Assembly: GCA_977017575.1 (NCBI GenBank)
Contig: CDRNVI010000113.1
Span: 1 to 34,167, forward strand
Reading direction: 5' to 3'
Source of the DNA: Paramoeba atlantica
Lineage: Eukaryota; Protista; Discosea
Length of the DNA stretch: 34,167 nt
Part shown: one piece after another, positions 12,928 through 23,387 of the stretch
Position numbering within the stretch: the first letter of the stretch is position 1
How the letters are laid out: each line of letters opens with the position of its first letter
Program-made: the position numbers and the translations under genes
Notes under the pieces: model-generated
Database searches by the model: none
What the model saw: only the letters and a program-made list of their open reading frames with translations
What the model was told of the DNA's origin: nothing

Positions 12928-14427
12928 ATGGACGCTAATAATCAGCAAAATAATATTTATTTTGGAATTGTAATTAAAGTTAAGGATGGTATTGCAACAA
13001 TTAAAGGATTAGAAAACGCTAAAGCAGGAGAAGTTTTAGAATTTTCTAGTGGTGCTAAAGGATTAGCATTAAACTTAGCTGAAAATGAAATTAGTTCTGT
13101 TATTTTTGGTAATGAACAATTAATTAAACAAGGGGTTCGAGTCAAAAATACAGGTAAATTAATGACTATTAATATTTCTTCTAAATTATTAGGTAGAGTT
13201 ATTAATGCTATAGGTGAGCCTATAGATAATGATACAGCTATTGCTGCAACAGAAGTTAAAAATGTTGAGCAAAAAGCAGTAGGTATTATCGCTAGACAAT
13301 CTGTTCATGAACCTATGTTAACAGGTATGAAATCTATAGATTCTTTAATTCCTATAGGTCGTGGTCAACGTGAATTAATTATTGGTGATAGACAAACAGG
13401 TAAAACTTCTATAGCTGTCGATACTATTATTAATCAATTAAATTATAATAATAATGTTGATTTTAAAAATGTTAATTTATATTGTGTTTATGTAGCTATT
13501 GGTCAAAAAAAATCAACAGCTGCTAGAATATTTAGTACTTTACAATCATTTCAATCAGCGCAATATACAGTTATTGTAAGTGCATTTGCTTCTGAATCTG
13601 CATCATTACAATATTTAGCACCTTATGTAGGTACTTCTATAAGTGAGTATTTTAGAGATAATAAAAAACATTGTGTCATTATATATGATGATTTAACTAA
13701 ACATGCTGCCGCTTATAGACAAATGTCTTTATTATTAAGAAGACCACCAGGTAGAGAAGCTTATCCAGGAGATGTTTTTTATTTACATTCTAGATTATTA
13801 GAAAGATCTTCTAAATTATCTACTAAATTAGGTTCAGGTTCAATAACCGGTTTACCTGTTATTGAAACATTAGAAGGAGATGTTTCGGCTTATATTCCAA
13901 CTAATGTTATATCTATTACAGATGGTCAAATATTTTTAGATACTGAACAATTTTATTCAGGTATAAGACCAGCAGTAAGTGTTGGTTTATCGGTTAGTAG
14001 AGTTGGTGGAGCTGCACAACCTAAATTAATGAAATCATTAGCAGGTTCTTTAAAGGTTGGTTTAGCCCAATTTAGAGAAGTTGAAAGTTTTGCTAGTTTA
14101 GGTTGTGATATAGATCCTGTTACTCAACAATTATTAGATCGTGGTTATAGATTAACTGAATTATTTGTACAAAGTAGATTTAATAATTATTCATTAGATT
14201 TATCTTTATTATCAGTTTTTGCAGGTTCTAAAGGTTTTTTTGATAAATTAGCTATAAATAAAATAAATGGTGTATTTGAAGAAATGGTTTTAGAAAGTAA
14301 AAAATTATTTTGATTACCTTTTTTTCAATTTTTAAATGATGTAATTCATCCTGATAAAGTTGGTCTAAATTATAACTTTTTAGAAAGTTTTTTAGGCTCT
14401 TATAATAAATGATGTATTAATATTTAA
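12928..14427 (+). CDS. atp1: ATP synthase F1 alpha subunit
   Basis: [40 protein letters not shown] and [14 protein letters not shown]; continues through TGA to TAA at 14425-14427. Confidence 0.98.
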
Positions 14428-14432
14428 AAAAA

Positions 14433-15452
14433 ATGATTAATTTTGTAAATAATATAATTTTTTCAAATTTAGAGGCAGATTATGCTTTACCTGGACAATT
14501 AGGTTTTCAATACCCAGCTAATACTATAGCTCGAGGAATTATTGATTTGCATAATCATATTATGTTTTTTTTAGTTTTTATTGTTGTATTTACTTTTGCT
14601 ATGATTTATTTCACTTTAAGTACATTTACAATAAATAATAATAGTAATTTAGAGATTTTTAATAAAGTAAAAAATTTTTATAATGTAAGAATTTCGCATA
14701 ATACATTATTAGAAACTCTTTGAATTATAATACCAAGTTTAATATTAATATCTATAGCAATACCGTCTTTTGCTTTATTATATGCTATGGAAATATCTGG
14801 TGTAAGTCTGTTAACAATGAAAGTTACAGGACATCAGTGATATTGATCTTATTCTTTTGTATTTAGTTTAGATAATCCTCAAATTGTATATGATATTGCG
14901 AGTAATACAAATATAGAGTTAGGAGGTTCTTTTTCAAATAATATAGCTGAATTTAGTTTCGATAGTTATATGGTACCTACTAATGAATTATCAGATAAAG
15001 GTTTACGTTTATTAGAAACTACAAATCCAGTAGTATTGCCTGTAGATACTTTTATAAAAGTATATGTAACAGCTAGTGATGTATTACATTGTTGAGCTGT
15101 CCCTTCATTAGGTATAAAAATAGATGCTTGTCCTGGTAGGTTAAATCAGGTAAATTTATTTATAGATAGAATTGGTCATTTTTATGGTCAATGTAGTGAA
15201 TTATGTGGTGTAAATCATGGTTTTATGCCTATTGAAATATATAGTATAACTAAATTAGATTATATTACATATTTATGTTTAGCTTGTGAAGATTTTAGAA
15301 ATAATTCGTTTAATCAACTAATAAATTATTATCATTATTTTTATGAAGATGGAAGTAATGCTATTGTTTTTACTAGAGGTTTCTATGATTGATGACAAGA
15401 TCAACTTAATTTATCAATAAAAGAATTTTTAAATAAAGAAAATAGTATATAA
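14433..15452 (+). CDS. cox2: Cytochrome c oxidase subunit 2 with an internal insert and a C-terminal extension
   Basis: [31 protein letters not shown] and the CuA motif [13 protein letters not shown]; open to TAA at 15450-15452 (339 aa). Confidence 0.97.
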
Positions 15453-15455
15453 AAT

Positions 15456-16324
15456 ATGATTAATAAATTTAAACATTTTCATTTTTGACATATTGTAACA
15501 ATTAGTCCATGACCTTTATTATTATCTATGTTTGCATTATCAATGCCAGTAGGTTTAGTAACTTTTTTTCAAGGATTTTATTATGGTGTACCTGTATTTT
15601 TTATAGGTTTAATTATGGTAATATTTATTATATGTTTATGATTTAGAGATATAGTAATTGAAGCAAGTTATGAAGGTCATCATACTAAACAAGTTCAATC
15701 AAGCTTAATTATAAGCTTTTTACTTTTTATTTTTTCAGAAGTAATGCTTTTTGTAGCTTTTTTCTGAGCTTTTTTTCATTCAAGTATTTTTCCTACAGTA
15801 GAATTAAATTGTAGTTGACCTCCCGTAGGAATGAGTGAAATAATTATGGATCCTTTTGGTATTCCTTTATTAAATACTTTATTATTATTAACATCAGGTG
15901 CTACTTTAACTTTAGCACATTTATATTTAAAACAAGGATATATGGATAAATGTTTATTAACTATGGTTGTTACAATTGTATTTGCTGTATTATTTTTATC
16001 TTTTCAGTTTTATGAATATAGTGTTTCTGCTTTTGATATTTCAGATGGTGTTTATGGTTCAACTTTTTTTTGTTGTACTGGTTTACATGGTTTTCACGTT
16101 ATTGTTGGTACTATAGCTTTAAGTATGACTACTTATCGTATATATTTATCACATTTTTCACGTAATCACCATTTAGGTTTTGAATTTGCAGCTTGATATT
16201 GACATTTTGTTGATGTAGTATGATTATTTTTTATATGATTATATATTGTTGAGGTAGTGATATGGTAGCTCCTCTTATATTAGAATTAAAAGATGGAAAA
16301 GAGAATATTTTTTATTTAGTATAA
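15456..16324 (+). CDS. cox3: Cytochrome c oxidase subunit 3, probable 1-nt deletion near 16243
   Basis: SPWPL, FFWAFFHSS, DPFGIPLLNT, TGLHGFHV and WYWHFVDVVWLF. The conserved WGS ending lies in the next frame and stops at 16322-16324. Confidence 0.95.
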
Positions 16325-16331
16325 ATTTACA

Positions 16332-17993
<1,662 letters not shown>

Positions 17994-18009
17994 TAATTTT
18001 ACTAATATA

Positions 18010-18083
18010 ATCCCTCTGGTCTAATTGGTTAAGACATATCACTCATAATGGTACTGATATAGGTTCAAGTCCTATGGGGGATA
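18010..18083 (+). tRNA. tRNA with CAU anticodon (elongator Met, or lysidine-type Ile)
   Basis: Cloverleaf with acceptor ATCCCTC/GGGGGAT and anticodon arm TATCA-CTCATAA-TGGTA. Confidence 0.85.
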
Positions 18084-18084
18084 A

Positions 18085-18156
18085 ATAGTTGTAGTGTAGT
18101 GGTTAACATATTAGTCTTCAAAACTAATGACATAGGTTCAAATCCTATCAACTGTG
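18085..18156 (+). tRNA. trnW: tRNA-Trp(UCA)
   Basis: Cloverleaf with anticodon arm TTAGT-CTTCAAA-ACTAA; agrees with TGA at conserved Trp positions. Confidence 0.93.
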
Positions 18157-18188
18157 TTAATTATAGATGATATAATTAAATATAATAA

Positions 18189-18260
18189 AATAGGGTGACT
18201 GAAAGGTAAAGTATTGTTTTTTGGCAGCAAATCGTGTAGGTTCGAGTCCTACTCCTAAGT
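18189..18260 (+). tRNA. trnQ: tRNA-Gln(UUG)
   Basis: Anticodon arm TTGTT-TTTTGGC-AGCAA; T arm GTAGG-TTCGAGT-CCTAC; acceptor pairs 1 and 2 mismatched. Confidence 0.85.
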
Positions 18261-18273
18261 ATTAAAATTTTTT

Positions 18274-18346
18274 TTAAGGATAGTATAAATGGTTATTATA
18301 ATTGATTGCAAATCTATAGATATCGGTTCGAGTCCGTTTCCTAACT
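18274..18346 (+). tRNA. trnC: tRNA-Cys(GCA)
   Basis: Loop TTGCAAA, discriminator U73; acceptor pairs 1 and 3 mismatched. Confidence 0.85.
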
Positions 18347-18373
18347 TTTTTAAATTTAATATAAATATAATAA

Positions 18374-18446
18374 ATACCTATAGTTTAATTGGTTAAAACA
18401 TGCATTTGATAAGTGCAAATTGATAGTTCGAGTCTATCTGGGGTTA
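18374..18446 (+). tRNA. trnI: tRNA-Ile(GAU)
   Basis: Arm TGCAT-TTGATAA-GTGCA; acceptor pairs 2 and 3 mismatched. Confidence 0.9.
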
Positions 18447-18455
18447 TAAATAAAA

Positions 18456-18528
18456 AAATAGTTAGCTCAATTGGTAGAGCATCGGCCTTTTAAGCTGAGG
18501 GTTATAGGTTCGAGCCCTATACTATCTA
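18456..18528 (+). tRNA. trnK: tRNA-Lys(UUU)
   Basis: Arm TCGGC-CTTTTAA-GCTGA; acceptor pair 2 mismatched (A:C). Confidence 0.93.
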
Positions 18529-18534
18529 TAAAAA

Positions 18535-18607
18535 TATGGAATGGTGTAATAGGTTAGCACATCGAGTTGTGATTTCGATAGTATGAGTTCAAGTCTCATT
18601 TCTTACC
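18535..18607 (+). tRNA. trnH: tRNA-His(GUG)
   Basis: Arm TCGAG-TTGTGAT-TTCGA, C73; acceptor pairs 1-3 mismatched. Confidence 0.9.
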
Positions 18608-18673
18608 TAAATTAAGAATAATAAAATTAATAAAATATATATTTTATTAAAATTTTTTTATTAATTTGTAAAG

Positions 18674-18747
18674 ATAGATGTGATGGAATTGGTAGACATA
18701 TTAGTTTTAGGCACTAAATTTTAGGGGTTCGAGTCCCCTCATCTGTA
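18674..18747 (+). tRNA. trnL: tRNA-Leu(UAG) with a short variable region
   Basis: Leu-type D arm ATGGAATTGGTAGACAT; arm TTAGT-TTTAGGC-ACTAA; variable region only ATTTT. Confidence 0.88.
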
Positions 18748-18781
18748 TTGTATGTATAAAAAAAGAAAAAATATTTTTTAT

Positions 18782-18852
18782 AAGGATGTAGTTTAAAGGT
18801 AAAATATCTATTTTGGGTGTAGACGTTATAGGTTCAAATCCTATCGTCCTGA
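18782..18852 (+). tRNA. trnP: tRNA-Pro(UGG)
   Basis: Arm TCTAT-TTTGGGT-GTAGA; acceptor pair 1 mismatched (A:G). Confidence 0.92.
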
Positions 18853-18865
18853 TAATTATAATAAC

Positions 18866-18939
18866 AAGGAGGTAGCTTAATAGGCTAAAGCTTTAACCTG
18901 TCGAGTTAAAAGATGAGGGTTCGAATCCCTTCCTCCGCA
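18866..18939 (+). tRNA. trnD: tRNA-Asp(GUC)
   Basis: Arm TTAAC-CTGTCGA-GTTAA; acceptor pairs 1 and 2 mismatched. Confidence 0.88.
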
Positions 18940-19239
18940 TAAAATATAATAAAATATGTTTATTTTATTACTATATAATCAAGATGTTTTGTATATAAAA
19001 TATAAAATATTATCTATTATATCTATTATATCAATTTATGATAAATGTACATTTACCATATGAAATAACAGTCATAAAACATACATATTTTACTTAAAAT
19101 TTTTTTAAAAAGAGAAAAAATTATAAAATAAATAATTATAGTAATTTAAAAGATTTTATTTTTTTAATAAAATAAAAAATTAGTAAATTAATATGATTAT
19201 TTATTTTAGATATATCTTACTTTAATAATATATGATTTA

Positions 19240-19311
19240 TTTTTCTTCGTCTAATGGTTAGGACATTGCTCTTTCACAGCAGAAATAAGGGTTCAAATCC
19301 CTTAGAAATGA
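19240..19311 (+). tRNA. trnE: tRNA-Glu(UUC)
   Basis: Arm TTGCT-CTTTCAC-AGCAG, U8C9; acceptor pair 2 is U:U and pair 1 is U:G. Confidence 0.92.
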
Positions 19312-19485
19312 AATTATTTTATCCGTATTAATTTAATTTAATAAAATTTTTTTGTAAATTTTTGAAATCTATTATACACTGATTTAAGTATATTATTTGT
19401 CACATATAATAAGGGGGGTTTGGGGGGTTTGTATAAGAGATAATATTTTATTTTCATATACAAAAATTTTTATTAATTATTTTTT

Positions 19486-19568
19486 AATGGTGTGATGGAA
19501 TTGGTAAACATGATAGACTTAAAATCTATTGCCTTTTAGGCTTGAGGGTTCGAGTCCCTCCTCCAATA
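19486..19568 (+). tRNA. trnL: tRNA-Leu(UAA)
   Basis: Arm ATAGA-CTTAAAA-TCTAT with a long variable arm; acceptor pairs 2 and 6 mismatched. Confidence 0.9.
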
Positions 19569-19586
19569 ACGATGAGTTAATTATTT

Positions 19587-19659
19587 TTTAAGATGGAGTA
19601 ATAGGTTAACTCAGTGGTCTCATGAGCCACAGATGTAGGTTCGAGTCCTACTCTTCTTA
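19587..19659 (+). tRNA. trnM: tRNA-Met(CAU), probably the initiator
   Basis: D stem GAGT/ACTC and loop CTCATGA resemble mitochondrial fMet tRNAs; acceptor pairs 1-3 mismatched. Confidence 0.85.
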
Positions 19660-19758
19660 TATAATTACGTAAATATTATTATGGATTACATTTGAATATG
19701 TAATCAATTTTGAATTTTTATTAATTAGTAAAATATATGTATAAAAATATTTTCGAAA

Positions 19759-19998
19759 ATGGCAGGACAAGAAATTATGTTAATTTTTGCAAAAAAAGTA
19801 GGTGCTGGTTTAGCTACTATAGGTTTAGCAGGTGCTGGAGTAGGTATAGGAATAGTTTTTGGAGCTTTTTTAATTGCTTATTCACGTAATACTACAATTA
19901 AAAACGATTTATTTGGTTATACTTTATTAGGTTTCGCATTAACAGAAGCAATTGCTCTGTTTGCCCTAATGATGGCTTTCTTAATCTTATATACTTAA
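19759..19998 (+). CDS. atp9: ATP synthase subunit c
   Basis: [21 protein letters not shown] and [13 protein letters not shown], with the proton-binding Glu present. Confidence 0.98.
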   Translation: MAGQEIMLIFAKKVGAGLATIGLAGAGVGIGIVFGAFLIAYSRNTTIKNDLFGYTLLGFALTEAIALFALMMAFLILYT

Positions 19999-20025
19999 TC
20001 AACCTATTTTTGTTGTTTTGTATTT

Positions 20026-20099
20026 AATTGGTTAGTTTAATTGGTTAAAATTATGATCTTCTAAATCATTAGATATAGGTTCGAGTCCTATACCAATTA
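20026..20099 (+). tRNA. trnR: tRNA-Arg(UCU)
   Basis: Arm ATGAT-CTTCTAA-ATCAT; fully paired acceptor stem. Confidence 0.93.
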
Positions 20100-20107
20100 T
20101 AATTTTT

Positions 20108-20188
20108 TATAGTGTGGCTGAGCGGTAAAGCGGTAGACTGTAAATCTATTGTATTTATACATCGTAGGTTCGAATCCTACCACTTCCA
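20108..20188 (+). tRNA. trnY: tRNA-Tyr(GUA)
   Basis: Arm GTAGA-CTGTAAA-TCTAT with a long variable arm; acceptor pairs 1-3 mismatched. Confidence 0.92.
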
Positions 20189-20239
20189 TTTGATTAAAAT
20201 ATATAATAATGTTGAATAATTTTTAAACAAATCATTTTA

Positions 20240-21245
20240 AAATTTTTTTATAAATTTAAAATAGTATTAAACGGATATCTTGCCAATAATAAGTTTATAG
20301 ACGTTTTAAAACGTAATGTGAAAGTAAAATAATAATAATTTTTCAATATTCACGTATCTAAAGGGAAAACCCAATTAAATTAAATAATTAAAGAATATCT
20401 AATGAATTGAATCATCTTAGTAATTAGTTAAAAAAAATAAAAATGATATTATTAGTAGTGGCGAGCGAAAATAAAATAGCTAAATTAAACAATAATATAA
20501 ATAAAAAATATAATAATTTGGAATAATTAACAAAATAAGTAATAGTCTTGTTATTTTTTATTATTATTATTGGTTTTGAGTAAAATAAAAACTAAATTTG
20601 TTTGAAGATTAGAGTACCATCTCTAAAGGCTAAAGAATTATTATTGAGCGATAGTGAAAAAGTACTGTGAAGGAAAGATGAAAAGAAATTTTTTAAAAAT
20701 GTTGAAATAGATTTTGAAATTTAATACTAAATAGCACTTTAAGCATAAATAATTATATGTTAAAAGGTACCTTTTGCATAATGGGTCAGTGAGTTAATTA
20801 TTGTAGCAAAATAAAAAATTATTAAATTTTTTAATTGTAATTAATATATTTATAGTTATAATAATTAGACCCGAAACCAAGTGATCTAGTCATGGGCAGA
20901 TTGAAGTTAATTAAATATTAATGGAGGATCGAACCCGTTTATGTTGCAATATATTGGGATGACCTATGATTAGGGGTGAAAGGCTAATCAAACTTGGAGA
21001 TAGCTGGTTTTCTACGAAATCTATTTAAGTAGAGATGAAATTTAAATTTATATAAGGTAGAGCTACCATATTGGGTTGTTGAATCCATATGAACTTCAAA
21101 TAAATATAAAGTAAAAATTTTAATTTCGATATATGGCGAAAAGGTTGTATATCAAGAGGGAAAGAGCCCAGATTATAAATTAAGGTTTCTAAATTAATAT
21201 TAAGTTAAAAAGTATATTATAATATTAACAATGAATAGGAGGTAG

Positions 21246-21279
<34 letters not shown>

Positions 21280-23030
21280 CAGCTCACTATTGATAGATAT
21301 TTATATACAAAAATATAACGAAAATAAATATTATACCGAAATTATAAAATATTATTTAAAATAATAATATTGGTAGTAGAACGTTTTATAAAAGAAAAAA
21401 AAAATTGTTAAATTATAAAATTAAAATTGAATATACTGGCATAAGTAGCAAAAATAATGTTATAAACATTATCATCTAAAAATCTAAGGTTTCTAATGTC
21501 AAGATAAACTGCATTAGGTTAATCGGTCCCTAAAATGAATATGATAGTAATAATTGAAGGGTAGTTAAAGAGTTATAAGGATAACATAATATTTTTAACG
21601 TTATTAGTAGATGACAGTTTATTTTTTAAATATTTTAGGATCAAATTTTAATAAATATAGTAAAACATTGTGTGATATATTCGAATATATTGATTGAAAT
21701 ATTTAAAAAATAAATTCAAGAAAGAATACTAATATATAAAACCGTACTAAATCCTACACAGGAGGATTAGTAGAGAATACTAAGATGAATAATTGAATAA
21801 TATCGAAGGAACTCGGCAAATTAACTCTGTAACTTCGGGAGAAAGAGTATTTTTATATATACATTATATGTATATAAAAATGTAACAGAATAGAGGATGG
21901 CGACTGTTTAACAAAAACACAGGACTTTGCAAAATTAATTAATGATGTATAAGGTCTGACACCTGCCCGGTGCTATAAAGGTAATTGTTATTGTTAATAT
22001 ATTATTTAATGTATTAGCTTTATATAGAATGAATAGTAAACGGCAGCTGTAAATATAACGGTTCGAAGGTAGCGAAATTCCTTGTCGAGTAAGTTTCGAC
22101 CTTGCATGAATGGTGTAACGACTATCCTACTGTCTCCGGTATTATATTAGCGAAATTGAATTCTCTGTGCAGATGCAGCGTATTAATAGCTAGACGGAAA
22201 GACCCTATGCACCTTTACTGCAGTTATATTTTGTTATTAAAAATTAAATTTATAGGATACAAACTAATCGTTTTAAAATTTTAATATTAGTTAATTGTTT
22301 AGATAATCTTGGAATAGTTTGAATTTAATTTTTAAAACTTAATAATTTTTTATTGACAGAATATATTTGGTAGTTTCTCTGGGGCGGAGACCTCATAAAA
22401 TGTAACTGAGGTGTACAAAGGTAATTAAAATTTTATTAGAAAATTTTGGCGTGTAATGGCTAAAAATTACTTAACTGTGAGATTTACAAATCAAACAGAG
22501 ATCTTTTTTATTAAAAAGGTCGGTCATAGTGATCCAATATAATTGAATGGAAAATATATTGCTCAACGGATAAAAGGTACGCTAGGGATAACAGGCTTAT
22601 GACTCCGGAGAGAAGATATCGACGGGGTTGTTTGGCACCTCGATGTCGATTGGTCACATCCTGGTTAAGAAAAATGTTCCAAGGGTAAGGCTGTTCGCCT
22701 TTTAAAGTGGCACCTGAATTGGGTTCAGAACGTCGTGAGACAGTTCGGTTCCTATCTACTATTAATTAATTAAAATTGAAGGAATCTTATCTTAGTACGA
22801 AAGGACTGGAGAAGGAATATCACTGGTAAATCGGTTGTAATTATAATTGCATAGTCGAGTAGCTAAATATTAATAATATAATTATTGAATTCAATCAGAT
22901 ATAAGAAGATTATCCTAAAATATTTTAAAAGTATTGATTGTAAAAGATTATTACGAAATTAAGTTATGTGTGTAAGTCCTGTGAAGGATTGAGCTAAATA
23001 ATTTTAAGAATCAATCTAATTTATAAAAAG
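20240..23030 (+). rRNA. rnl: Mitochondrial large-subunit rRNA, ends approximate
   Basis: Universal 23S motifs: AGTACTGTGAAGGAAAG, GACCCGAAACCAAGTGATCT, AAGGAACTCGGCAAA, GACGGAAAGACCC, GCTAGGGATAACAGGCT, GCACCTCGATGTCG and GGGTTCAGAACGTCGTGAGACAGTTCGG. Confidence 0.96.
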
Positions 23031-23077
23031 AAAAAAGAAAAAAGAAAAAAAATTTCTATATAAGAAAAAATAAAATA

Positions 23078-23135
23078 TATAATATTTTGAAAATATTATA
23101 TGTAATAAAACAACAAACTTTAAATTAAAGTTTGT
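23078..23135. repeat. Two adjacent perfect inverted repeats between rnl and trnN
   Basis: TATAATATTTT-G-AAAATATTATA (23078-23100) and ACAAACTTTA-AAT-TAAAGTTTGT (23113-23135). Confidence 0.7.
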
Positions 23136-23149
23136 AATTTGTAAAACAA

Positions 23150-23222
23150 TACTTGGTAGTTTCAATGGTAAAATAATTGGCTGTTAACCAATCAGATGTA
23201 GGTTCGAATCCTGCCCAGGTCG
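23150..23222 (+). tRNA. trnN: tRNA-Asn(GUU)
   Basis: Arm ATTGG-CTGTTAA-CCAAT, G73; acceptor pair 1 mismatched (U:C). Confidence 0.93.
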
Positions 23223-23236
23223 TTGTATAAAAATAA

Positions 23237-23325
23237 GTTTATGTGGCTGAGTGGTTTAAAGTAATCCTCTTGAAAAGGATCGTATAATTTTAATTATACC
23301 GTGGGTTCGAATCCCACCATAATCT
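23237..23325 (+). tRNA. trnS: tRNA-Ser(UGA)
   Basis: Arm ATCCT-CTTGAAA-AGGAT with a long variable arm; acceptor pair 2 is U:U. Confidence 0.92.
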
Positions 23326-23387
23326 TAATATAAAAAAAAAGGAAAAAATTTATGTAAATTATATAATATATAATATAATTATATATA

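Noticed and set aside
12957-13145. Minus-strand 62-aa ORF
   Set aside because: Antisense shadow of atp1.
22102-22284. 60-aa ORF
   Set aside because: Lies within conserved LSU rRNA domains IV-V and has no homing-endonuclease motif or intron boundary.
20240-23030. Group I/II introns or LAGLIDADG ORFs in rnl (also checked cox1 and cob)
   Set aside because: Conserved motifs are contiguous and the lengths leave no room for an intron.
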